Origin: Histomonas meleagridis 2922-C6/04-290x
Taxonomy: Eukaryota > Protista > Parabasalia
NCBI GenBank assembly: GCA_020184695.1
Contig: JAANOX010000181.1
Location: forward strand, 1-62,361
DNA length: 62,361 bases
Direction of reading: 5' to 3'
The notes below the pieces were generated by a model. That model made no database searches. It was given only the letters and a program-made list of their open reading frames with translations, and was not told the DNA's origin. Below are positions 41,874 through 53,844 of the stretch, one piece after another (positions within the stretch are counted from its first letter, which is position 1; each line of letters starts with the position of its first letter). The translations under genes and the position numbers were made by a program.

Positions 41874-42936
41874 TTCTTTGCAAAAATCTCATAAACAAGA
41901 TGCTGTCAACCAAATAAACGGTCGTTTCAAATCAGAAAATCAATTTTTTTCATTTTCCACTTAACTAAATTTAAAAAATATAAATAAATATACACGTTCT
42001 ATTCAATAAAATTATCTTAGCCAAATTTTGTTATCATACTTTTTTATGAGCAATCTCCAAAATTTCAAAATACTTTTTTGGGCTTTAGGATTAAATACAG
42101 AAGTTCAAATTCAATAAATATATAGAACTAATAATAGTCAATATTAATTGATATAATTTTTATATAGTTTTCATTCTGCTTTTAAGTTATACAAGATTTT
42201 CAATATATATAGATCAGAGCAAAAATTCAAAAATCTGTCTTTGCAATTTTATATAATTTATGTGTTCTATATATAGGATAATTCTTGAAACAATTTATTC
42301 ATTATTGGAGGCTCTGGACAAAGAAGAAAAAATAACTTTTTGAATTAATTTTGCGGTTACAAATCCATCAAGATCCGTTCCTTAACGAGTGAGAGATACT
42401 CACAATAAGAAATCACAAAATTAAACAGAAAATAAAAATATTCTAAACATTTTTTGAGCAATACTTGTATATACTGGTTTAGATGTGGTAATTGGTACAT
42501 TCAGTCTTTACTTAAATGACCGTTTGTGTATTGTATCGTACACGAATTCAAATGGAAAGTGACTAAATTCAAAGGAAATTTTAAAAAAATTATTATATAT
42601 TCATAAAAATTTGTCAACTGTTCTTATATGTAAAAATCTGATATGTATTAAATTCATCACAAATAATTTCAAAATTAAAAAGAAATCTATAAGAGGGAAA
42701 GTTTGTTGACAGCGTCTTTTATAAATTTATAACGGTCATTCATACGGGAAAATGAATCATATGATAAAAAAGAAAATAATTTTTACAAAATGTTTATAAA
42801 TATTTATAGTACAGTACCGAACACGAAAATCTGTCCATCGGCCGGAAATTTCCGGTTCCAAATCATGGATTTGATCGTTTTATATTCAATTTAGTGTTGT
42901 GCAACCCTAACATATTGGTATTACTTGTTGAAACAA

Positions 42937-45528
42937 ATGCCTGATGGTGAACCGCCAAATTATAAAAAAAAATTCCAAACACTCAATCCTAGCTGTCCCA
43001 AAATTGATTGAACTTGAAAGGCTTATATTCGCTTAACCCAAGAAAATTTTGGGGAATCGTTTTTTGCTACAGACAAACCTTGTCAATTTTAGTAGCAAAA
43101 AAATTGTTAGAATATTATCATCAAGATTAATAGGCGGGGAATTCCCCGGGGTTTTTGGAAATATGATATAAAAAATTGTTCTGACCATTCACCAACAAAC
43201 ATCGAATAAACAACACCTGTTCTCTTTACCTTTTTTATATACTTTTTCGACATTTTTGTTTTTAATTTCAACTTCCAGTGCAGCTCATTAAATCATTTAG
43301 TCTCTCTCATTTGTGATTTAGTACACCTAATTTATTAATATAGAAATTTAATCATTTTATCCATCACATTTAGGCTTTCAATATCCACATATAGTTTCGT
43401 TTCTTATTTAATCATTACTAACTCATTTATCTCTCTCTTTCAAACATCTGTGATTCACTTAATCATTTTTTTGCATTTTTGTCTATTTTGTTTAATTTTT
43501 TAGTATGTATTTAAAATAGTTTTTGTGTTTTTAAATCTTTAGTTATATGTTTGTATTTGCTGTTTAACTTCCCCAGTTTATTGCTTCAGTTTTTGAATAT
43601 AAATCCGATGATTTTTCATTCATTTGATTCTATTGTTGGAAATCTGCATTGAGTTTATTAAAAATATCCTTATTCTAAAATGTACACCCTTTTTCCCCTC
43701 CAATATTATTTTATTATTATTCCCCCAATAGATATGTGGGTTTAAATATATTATAATGTTTTATTAATAATGATTCATCATAAATCTTTGATTCTCTTTC
43801 TTTTTCAGCATATGTTATTTATAAGATTTTTCATTAAAGGCATTCACCAGAATATGAAACTCAAAAAATGTGAAGAAATTCTAAAAATCAATAATTTATA
43901 TGTTTTTGTTAGCTTCTCAATAATTTTTTCATCAAAATCTGACGTTTTGCTCCATCTATTTTTTATCTAACAAATTTAATTACAGCAAAATGACATCTAA
44001 ATTATTTTTTAGCTACTAAAATTGACAAGGTTTGTCTGTAGCAAAAAACGATTGCCCTAAAATTTTCTGGCAACGGTTCAAGACACAGTGAAAATATTCA
44101 ATTCAAATCTTCCCAACACATTTAATATTATTACATGCAAATTAGTATTTAATGCATTTTCATCACAAAGAAATACATTTGATATTTACTTAATTTTTTT
44201 ATAAACACTTAAAAAAAAAAAAAGAAGAAATTAATCAAAATACCGGTAATCTAATTTCAATTTTTATTAAGTATATATCTGGAATCATTACACAAGAATC
44301 TTATTATGTGATAGCACAAATGATTAAACAAAATTTAATTGATTTAAATATCACTAAAAATTCAATCATTATATTTTGCTCATTATAAAACAGAAGAAGA
44401 AAACAAAAAAAAAACTAATAGAAATCAATATGGCTTTGAAGATGCTTTTTTCAAAAATTATGAAGAATTATCAAAGAATGATTGGGAGCTTCATAAGAAG
44501 TTAATTATAGAAGGAGTTAATCCAAATGAAATTGCGAAAATAATTCGAAAAGATGAAGTAGAAAAACTTCAAGAAATAGCAACACAAACAAATTTTAATT
44601 TTAATCAAAAAATTGAACCATTGCTTTATGAAAGAATTCATTTGTTAACAAAGAAGATGTTAGATTAATTGATTATGCAGCATTTTTTTCATCAGTTAAA
44701 TGTTTTAAATTTTTACTAATGAATGGTTCAAATGTATTAAACACAGGTAAATATGCAGTTGCAGGTGGAAATGAAGAAATCATTCATTTATGTGAACAAA
44801 ATCATTCATCATTTAAAGGTGCATATGAAGCAGCAATTATGTTTCATCGAGATGATATCTTTAAATATATTTTTGAGAATAAAATAGAAAAAATACAATC
44901 AATAGCGAAAACGTCTGAAGATAAAACGAATGATTTGGTAAGTTTTTGTATTAAAAAAGATAATTATGAAATTTTAGCATTTTTGGAAGAAAATGGAATT
45001 AATGTTAATGCTGGTAATATAAATGAAACAGCAATGAATGGAAATTTATATCTCGTTAAATATTTCCTTCAAAATAATCAAATACCAAAAAATATTTTGT
45101 TATTTGCTTCAAAATCAGGAAATATTGAACTTGTGAAATATGTTTGGAACAAAAAGGAATTGATGTTAATGCAAAAAAATTTCATTTGAATAATTTAGAA
45201 TATGTTTTAATCATTTGAAACAGCACTTCATATAGCAGTTAGAAATAATAATATAGAAATAGTAAAATTACTTTTAGATAAAGAAGGAATTGATGTTAAT
45301 CCAAAAACTATTCATTTGAATAATTTAGAATATGTTTTAATAATTTGGAAATTATTTAATTAATTTTATACAGCAATTCAAATCGCACAACAAAATGGTT
45401 ATACCATAATAGAAAATTTACTTCTTGCTAAAGGTGCAAAAGAAAATTCTAATTCAGAATCTTCTTATATGAATGTCACTTCTTGGCTTTCGATAATGTA
45501 TAAATATATATTGATTCTGTCTTGTTGA
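42937..45528 (+). pseudogene. Ankyrin-repeat gene B (paralog of gene A), broken by a MITE and several 1-nt frameshifts
   Basis: LIELERLIF..TQENF left of the MITE joins in frame to LATVQDTVKIF on the right (cf. gene A IEKIIFNLNKENISQSVK). Then EELSKNDWELHKKL, LIDYAAFF and YAVAGGNEEIIHLCEQ, followed by two ankyrin modules with inserts. Confidence 0.8.
43051..44057. mobile_element. Non-autonomous TIR element (Mutator-like MITE), about 1007 bp
   Basis: About 60-bp TIRs (GGG[G/C]AATCGTTTTTTGCTACAGACAAACCTTGTCAATTTTAGTAGC...) at 43051-43111 and 43996-44057; 9-bp flanks GAAAATTTT/TAAAATTTT (8/9); no coding capacity. Confidence 0.85.
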
Positions 45529-46056
45529 TCAGTATAAATAAATACAATTTGGGTAATGAAAAATTGTTTTATTTACAAAAATAGTAAATATAATGAATAC
45601 TGTATTGATCAATATATCTCTCGAAAATTATTGATTTTGTATAAATTTTTCCTAACGATCGTTTGTGTGACCAAAATTTATTCATTTTCTTAAAAAAATT
45701 TTTTCGAAATATTTCGAATTGTTTAAAAAACATTAAAAAGTGGACAATTTGATCAACAAAGTTTTATCTTCTTAAAAACATTTCATTTTTCACTTGTTTT
45801 AGATGACATTAAATACTTTTTTTTGTAAATTTATATGATGTTAAATGATTTGATTTTAAGTATTTTCCATACTAAAATGAACCAATGTATGCTTCTCAGA
45901 TTTTGTAGTTTTTATGTTTAATTTATAAATTTACAGAGGTTTTGACCCTATTTCGGACAACCCGATGACCGATTCATACCTTTTTAGGGCCCCCCACGAT
46001 CATGGTAATGGAGCACCCCAAGTGATACTACGACGGTTATTGACGACAAATTGCAA

Positions 46057-47751
46057 ATGAAAGCACTTGAAGATGCTGATTTTTTCAAGTATAAATCCAA
46101 AAAACAAACTGAAGAAAAAACTCCTTATGTGAATATGTATGCAACTGTGTATCAATATGATCCTACAACACGTGAGAATAAGCAACAAGGACAATTTCTT
46201 TTTACGATATTACAACAAAATGGAGTTGCCACCGTAACAATTTGTAGGCCTGGTGCTACGCCACTTCTTAGTTTCAATTTAACAAAAAAAATTAATTGGA
46301 ATTACCAAAATCAAGTTTTTTGTTATTTTACAGATACCAAAAATGTACAATGGCTTCTTCAATTCAACGATGCTGCTTCTGCAGCACAAGCTACAGCAGC
46401 TGTTGCTGCACTTCTATCCGTTACTTCACTTAAAGATGTAGGTTGCTACGAATATCCACAAAGGCGACCTGACAAATTCCTTCAAATTGGTGATAGAATG
46501 CTTCTCTCTTACTACGCTTTTCAAATTACCAAATTCCCATACATTGGTAAATTAGTTTCAAGCAATACCAAGCTCAAGACCGATCTCGACCGTAGTAAAA
46601 TCCCTACTGGTTGGGTTTCAGGTATTCTTGGCATGTCAATTGGTAGTACCCGATCAATATTTGTTCCAGCCCAATACACATGTTTAGAAAATGGTTCACG
46701 TGATCCACAGTTTCCGAATTCGCATTTAATGATTGTCACCACATTGCTTAAAGCTCGATTCAAGAATGATCAGCCACCACCAAAAGCTCCATCAACAGCT
46801 CCGATCAACAACAACGCGAATTTGCGAAACTTTTCCGACATTTCCGACGCAGATATCCAAACTAAAGCGCCGATTGTCCAAAACTTAGCGCCGCCGCCAG
46901 CAGAACCCGAAGAAACAAAATCCACAAACAATGAACCAGTTCAACAACAGCAACAAGAGCAAACGCACGATGAAGAACCCGAACTATCACATGAAGAACT
47001 CGAGCGACAACAAAAGTTAAACAAAATCAAACGAATTGGTGTTGCGTCAGCATTTGCAGTTCCAATGTTTCCGCTTAAACCAGTTGAAAGTACTAATAAG
47101 CAATCGAACAACGAAGTAACAACGCAGCCAAAGCAAAATGCGCGTCGTAGTTCCGAAATTCCTTTCACGCGTAACAATAACATTGTACCTCAACAACAGC
47201 AACAACAACAAAAGCCAATTAACACAAATGCAAAAGTTAATAATCTCGAAACAAAACTCGAAAACATCGAAAAAGAGTTAAAAGAGAAACTCGAAATATT
47301 GAACAATAACATAATATGCGATTTAATATCAATGATAACACGTGTTGAAGCGCAAGAAAAAGAAATTAATGAATTACGAAAGCAAATTAATAACACAAAA
47401 ATTTCCTCTTACACAACGAATTCGATGGATTCGATCATGCAAATCGAAAAGATGAAAAAAGACGCGGAAGAAATTAATATAATGAATGAGCAAAACGAAA
47501 AGCGATTAATGGAAAACAAAACGCGAATTTCAAAGTTGAAATCGAGTTTGAGTCAAAATGAAGAAAAGGCGAAAAACAAAATGAAACAAATAATTAAGGA
47601 ATTAATGAACAACGTTTTCAACGAAGTGAACGAATGTTTGGACGACAATAAAAAATATTCGGGAAAAGAGGTCGAAAAAATATTGTACGAAATGCTAAGG
47701 AAGAATTCGTTTGGCGTGTTCGATGAAATAGATGAGAACGGACTGTTTTAA
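46057..47751 (+). CDS. FKBP15-like protein (N-terminal PH-like domain, FKBP-type domain, Pro/Gln-rich linker, coiled coil)
   Basis: IPTGWVSGILGMSIGSTRSIFVP resembles the FKBP GWxxGxxGMxxGxxRxxxIP motif; overall layout fits FKBP15. Confidence 0.6.
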   Translation: MKALEDADFFKYKSKKQTEEKTPYVNMYATVYQYDPTTRENKQQGQFLFTILQQNGVATVTICRPGATPLLSFNLTKKINWNYQNQVFCYFTDTKNVQWLLQFNDAASAAQATAAVAALLSVTSLKDVGCYEYPQRRPDKFLQIGDRMLLSYYAFQITKFPYIGKLVSSNTKLKTDLDRSKIPTGWVSGILGMSIGSTRSIFVPAQYTCLENGSRDPQFPNSHLMIVTTLLKARFKNDQPPPKAPSTAPINNNANLRNFSDISDADIQTKAPIVQNLAPPPAEPEETKSTNNEPVQQQQQEQTHDEEPELSHEELERQQKLNKIKRIGVASAFAVPMFPLKPVESTNKQSNNEVTTQPKQNARRSSEIPFTRNNNIVPQQQQQQQKPINTNAKVNNLETKLENIEKELKEKLEILNNNIICDLISMITRVEAQEKEINELRKQINNTKISSYTTNSMDSIMQIEKMKKDAEEINIMNEQNEKRLMENKTRISKLKSSLSQNEEKAKNKMKQIIKELMNNVFNEVNECLDDNKKYSGKEVEKILYEMLRKNSFGVFDEIDENGLF

Positions 47752-49549
47752 ATTGACGCGTTTTATGTGTCAATGATTAAATGAAACTATTTCAAATAAA
47801 TTTTATTTTATTGTGAATTTGGTAATTTATTAATTTTTTTGTAATTTACAAAATCTTCGAATGTTATATTTGATTTCAACTTTGAAATCCAAATGTTGAA
47901 TATCTTTCGGTTTTAATATGTTAGAGTAAGAATAAGTAAAATGAAATAAAAAAAAAAACGGATGAAATTGACAAAAGAAAGTTATTTTAAAGTATTAATT
48001 TAAGACACAACTAGTTTATAACATTGTTAAAACAATGAATTCAATCAAATTTACAATTTTTTCTCAACTAATCATTTCAAATGAAAAATTTGAAATAATT
48101 TAAAGATTAAAACAAAAATTAATAACGACAACCTTAAATAACTAACACATAGATAAAATTTAACGACAATATTAATGTCAAAATCGACATTTAAAATGAA
48201 TGATTTTTATGTACTAAAATAATAATAATTTCCACAAAATGAATCAATACACACAAAAACAATCAAGTAATAAATAATAATATCATTATTATGAAAAAAA
48301 TTAATGTTTATTGAGTTCAAAATCTTCGAATTTCCATCCAAATAAAAATATCAAAATTTACTAATAAATTGAAAAATGAAATCTACAGAGTCAATTAAAC
48401 AATGTTTTAAAGTATCAAAACTCATAATTTCCAATATTTTTCTGACATTTCTATATTTGACAAAATTATTCAAAATATAGTTTTTTTAGACAATACAATT
48501 CGAAGTAAACAAAATATTCTTGCAAAATCCTAGTTTTTTTTCTTCCATTAAATTCAAAATTTGTCATGGATTTACAATCTTTGACATATAAATATGAACA
48601 CCATTACAGATGTTGTGTTGCAAATTATATTCGTTAATGACAATCTTATGAAACCAATGTAAAAACAACACGTTTAAACCAGATGTTGATTGGGTTAACA
48701 ACTAAAAGGTTGGAAAGAAAAATAATGACATCTGGTGATGATCTTTGATTGCTAAAGAAAGAAAATCGAAAGAGTAAGAACAGGCACTAGAAAATTAAAA
48801 TTTAAATTTTTTATTTTTCAAAAATATCTCCAGTGATTCGAACTGAAGTATCGCATTCAATTCCTATTTCTTTTAAAGATATTATCTATTATACTATCAC
48901 CATATTTATATATATTAGATATATTAAAATAAATTCGTTCAACTATCTTTGTCGAGTTATAATCAAAAATAGACTATGAAAAAAAGATTTTAAAAATTAC
49001 AATATTATATATTTTACATGTATCGTCATTGAAATAATGTTTTTTATTTTATTTATAACTGGCCCTATAAATTCTTTAGATATTATGTGTTTAGATTTGC
49101 AAAATATCAAAATTAATATAAATGTTTCGTAACAAGATATTTTTAACACAAGATTTCACTAAATTATTATTTATAATTTAATTTTTTAACAAATTGTGTT
49201 TGAATTAATAGAACGACGATACCACATAAACTTTCTCTGATGGTTAAAAGCAAATCAAATTTCATTACTAATAATATTAGCTGGACGTGTTAATCTTGCA
49301 ACAAGAATATTAAATGAATATTCATATGATTCATCAACTAATAATTATTTTAAAAATTGAACATGATTCTCACTCCTGTTTCAAATATTCATAAACCCCA
49401 CAAATAATTAGGTCTTTTTGATTAACGTCTTGTCATTTAAACCAAAACTCAAAAAATCGTTTTGCTTTACCATTTATTTTTAAAATGTGGCTTTTATTGA
49501 TTTCACCTGAAGCCTCATATCGATAAGTTAATCCTGGGTCATCCCTAAT

Positions 49550-51957
49550 TTATATGTTTATCTCTTGGTTTGTTGTTGATCTTTCATCTGAAACTTTCTT
49601 TTTCTTCATGTAAAAGATTATTCCAACAACAATCAGTACTACAACTATAATGACCACAATCACCACCACAACAATGAGCCAAGGCTCCATTCCTTCGTTT
49701 CCCTCATTACTTCCCACGATGATTTCATCCTGCATCTTGTACATATCGTCTTTAAGTCGAGTTCGAATTTTTCAGGTGCTTTCGATGTTGTTAATGCACT
49801 GAATGGTGCAATGAATGATGAGCATGGATCTGTTCGCGATTCCAATACAGGTGTAACAGTAAGAACGCATCTTACACATTCTCTATCAAGTCTAATAGTT
49901 GCAGCTCCAATGTCGGGTCCAGTCAACATTTCTTGTGATGCAATCGTTTCCATATTATCAATATCAATTACATCCATTACAAATTTCTCATTGTATAAAC
50001 CATATTTTAGTTGTGTATCATTACGAGTCCATTGTACTTGTAATCCATCATTTAGATTAATGACATCATAAGGCTTTGGTTTGATAAGTTGATTTGGTTC
50101 AAATTTATTTTGGAATGTAACTTTAGTTTGTAAATAATCAATAATACCTGAAGAGGGATTATGAAGATGTGCAATTAATGTATAACTTGAATTATCAGCA
50201 AATGCACATGGCGCTAACATTCGATATGGATTTGATGTCATTGTCGCTATATTAAATGTTTTGCTTCCATCCCATAATACTAATGGAACAGGATTTAATG
50301 CATTAATTGCACCACGTGAATTATTAAGTGTTAATGTTACAGTCATTGTTTCACCACATATTGGGTTTTCGACTTTTACAGATTCACCCTCACTTGTTGA
50401 AGTTTCGGAATAATGAATCATTGTATCTTCTGCTGCATTTCGACGTGTAATTGTTGGTAATGTTGGTTTAGATGCTGTACCCCAAACTTCTATTGATGGA
50501 TGTAATAATTTCTCATTTGGATAATATGATTCCATTTTATATTTAAGTTTCCATTTTCCTGTTGGATTTTCACCAAAGAACGCACGACAACCAAATTGCA
50601 AATGTTCTGATGACATAAATGATTTAGTTAATGTTGTAAGTATTGATGCAGGATATTTTAATATGAATTCAGTGCCTTGTGGAGATGTTAATATAAAATG
50701 TAAATGTGATGCTGCTAATCGTGTAACACCAAATTTAAAGACAAGAAATTCAATAAATTGTATTCCAGATGGAATTTCAATTTCGATTTCAGCAAAGTCT
50801 TCAAGAATTTTCGGCATATTATATTCCGAATTAAGTTCAAGCGACTTCAAATGTACTTCTTCTGCTATATTTGTCCAATTTTTAGCTACACTTGTCGCAA
50901 GTCCTGCATCAAGTCGTCCAAATCCTTGTGTATAATGATAATTATAACCTGCAGCATTTTTGATCCACATTGGATGTTTAGGATCATTAATTGTTGCAGT
51001 TAATGCAAGAATATATTGAACATCTCTCCATGTTAAATTTGGATTAGCTTCAAGGACTAATGGTCCTACACCTGCTGCGATTGATGTTGCTGCAGATGTA
51101 GCTGTGAAAGATCCGTATGAACTGTTTGAATCACTGGTTGCAGTATAAATATATGGATCAAAATGATATGGATGCATTGGTACTTCACTGCCGCCTGATG
51201 GAGTGTTAGCAAAGATACATCCAAGTTCTGAATAACCAGCTGGTTGTCCACGTCGTGTAGATGCACCAATATATATAACTTGGCGATTACCACCCATTAA
51301 ATCTACACCAGAATCTTCACCTAAATGACCAAAATTACCCGCAGCATGGAAGAAAATTTGGCCAAGGCCATTACGCTTTTTCATTGATTCATTAAAGTAT
51401 GACTCAATTTCCGGAATTTCACGAAATGAATTTAAACATTTTTTCCCATCTTGATGAATACCAAGTAATGCAAGTGACATAGCTCGAATATCAAAGTCAG
51501 TCTTTCCATATAAATCTAATGTGATATTGAGATCTTTAACTGCTGTAGCAATGTAATCATTGTCAATAACAATTCCCCATGATGAATTATAAGCGACTCC
51601 AACACCACCTTTGTTATTCCATGCTCCTGCTGCAAGGCCAACAACAGATGTTCCATGAAAATCAAATGGTGTGAGTGGTTCGTTCGTTTGGTTGATGATA
51701 TTCCACGAATTTTCACGATCAAAATTATCAATAAGATCTTCATGTGTATAAAGTACACCCGTATCAAATATTGAAATTTTTATTCCTTTGCCTGTGTAAC
51801 CATTTTCCCATGCAGGCTTAACATTAATATCTTCATTGTCAATACCTCCATTATGCCCTTTGTTAAAAAGGTGGAATGTCCCATAGTATGTGGTTTCGCT
51901 ATCGTCAGGAATGGCTTTGGTCAATAAGAGAAGATGTGAGGGAAACAAGAACATCAT
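49550..51957 (-). CDS. Membrane-anchored kexin/furin-like subtilisin (S8B) with P domain; 1-nt frameshift before the TM tail
   Basis: DINVKPAW, IFDTG (Asp), FHGTSVVG (His), AAGN (oxyanion), ATSAA (Ser), NPNLTWRDVQY, GFGRLDA, P-domain GENPTGKWKL. The TM segment and basic tail lie in another frame (49550-49744). Confidence 0.88.
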
Positions 51958-52083
51958 GTAAAATTAATGGCATTCAATTTTGAATATATTTAAAAACAAA
52001 AATGAATGCACATAAATGGAGGCTCAATTTCTACAGTTGGAGGTTTAGTTTTTATTAATTGAAAAAATCAACGATTTGAATTG

Positions 52084-52844
52084 GAAATTCCGATCAAAAC
52101 TCAGAATAGTGCTTTTTCTGAACTTCGGGAACATGTTTCCTCAGGAAAATTCAAAGCTCAACTTGCTTCTGTGAACGGAAAACAATTTCGAAAATGACAT
52201 ATCATGCCGACTGAAGTGACCGAAACATAACAAGATTTCTCTGACAAGTTATTTCGAGACATGTAAGGGAAAAATTTCACAATGAAATTTTTATGTCACT
52301 CAAGGGTATTAATTAACGTATAGTTGAAGCCACATGTTGCACCTTTTCACTTGAATTCATTCAACTGTTTTCTCAATATTTTTATTTTTAAATTCAAATG
52401 AAAAGTTGTGACTTTTTGTTACTAATTACAAAAAGTCAACTCAGAAACCTCATTATTTACACAAAAACATATTGGAACAATAATTTGTTTATTTTTATTT
52501 CTTTAATTTAATTGTTTTATTTAAAAAATAATCAACATGTAGCTATTTACATAAATTCGAGCATACCCACTGACAGCTCGCATTCATATTGCTTCCTTTT
52601 TGACCAAATTATTGTACTATTAGTGAATAAAACAAAATGTATTTGAATTAATATCAATTCATTTTTCTAAAAGTAATTTTTTTTTCTGCATTATTATTTT
52701 GATATGCTATATGAAATGCTGTTTCAAATTATTATAATAATTACTAAATTATTCAAATAAATCCAAAATTGTGAAAATAAATTTCATTTTTTTTATATAA
52801 ATTATCAATATAAAAGCGCTATTCTGAGTTTTGATCGGAATTTC
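52084..52844. repeat. 33-bp inverted repeat pair (52084-52116 and 52812-52844; 32/33 identical)
   Basis: GAAATTCCGATCAAAACTCAGAATAG[T/C]GCTTTT in opposite orientations about 760 bp apart; no TSD seen. Confidence 0.8.
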
Positions 52845-53400
52845 ATACACTCCTTCTTTATAATCATTCACTGTAAATGGACCAAATCTTGTATCTTCAA
52901 ATGTTGGATATGTAAGAACTGTTGTATTAACTGATGAAAATGAACTTTCTCCAAACGATGGTTGTGAAATACCATAATAATAAATGCATTGAAGGTTATA
53001 AAATTGCGAAAATGCACCATTTGCAATCATTGATAATCTTGTGCCAAGTGTTAATATCTTTAACCCATAACAACCTGAAAATGCTGAGGATCCAATGTTT
53101 GTTACTGAGTTTGGAATTGTAATATTTATTAGTGATGTACAATTTGCAAATGCCTTTTCTCCAAAACTTGTTAATCCTGTGCCAAGTGTCAAAATTGTCA
53201 AATTATAACAATTTGAAATTGCTGAGGATCCAATGCTTGTTGCTGAATTTTTAAATTTAACACAAACAACTAATGATCATTCAATAAATGCGCTACTCGG
53301 AATTAGAGTAATGTTTTCATTAATAATAATATTTTCAGTTATATTTATATAATATAAATTTCACCAAAATCATTAAAATTTTCGATTAAAAGCGTTGAGT
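52749..53400 (-). pseudogene. BspA-like (TpLRR) gene fragment
   Basis: FGEKAFANCTSLINITIPNSVTNIGSSAFSGC repeats; upstream pieces (ITLIPSSAF, SATSIGSSAISNCYNL) in other frames. Confidence 0.75.
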
Positions 53401-53844
53401 TATTATCATTGAAAATTATTTGATATGAATTCATGAAAAATAGAACAAAAACAAAACATTTTCATTTTTGTTTTCTTTTGTTTTCAATTCGTCATCTTTT
53501 TGATTCTCTTTTTTATGAATCAGCATTGAATTTGATTTGGTACATTTCATTCTAAATGTTCATCAAACGATAAACAAATATTTGTGGCTAGAAAAAAAGA
53601 ATTGAATAATTTGAACCGTCATAAAAGGATGTTTTGAGGAGTGTAATTTTCAAACAACAATGACTCCTGTTTTTCTGCCTCATACCGCCATTATTTCTGA
53701 AAAATTTGAACGGATTTGTTTCGAAAAAAGTGCTAGTTTTTTGACTTATGGTCTCAAATTTGAGTTTGCGAAACCTCATAGAAAATTTTGAATTAAATTC
53801 ACATGGTGACAACCTAATTTTTGATTGTTTTCTTCAAATATTAT

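Noticed and set aside
42842-42855. 14-bp palindrome CCGGAAATTTCCGG upstream of ankyrin gene B
   Set aside because: Single occurrence; palindromes of this length can arise by chance in 62 kb.
48141-48152. ACTAACACATAG resembling the Trichomonas branch-point/3' splice motif
   Set aside because: One mismatch, intergenic, with no matching 5' site or flanking exons.
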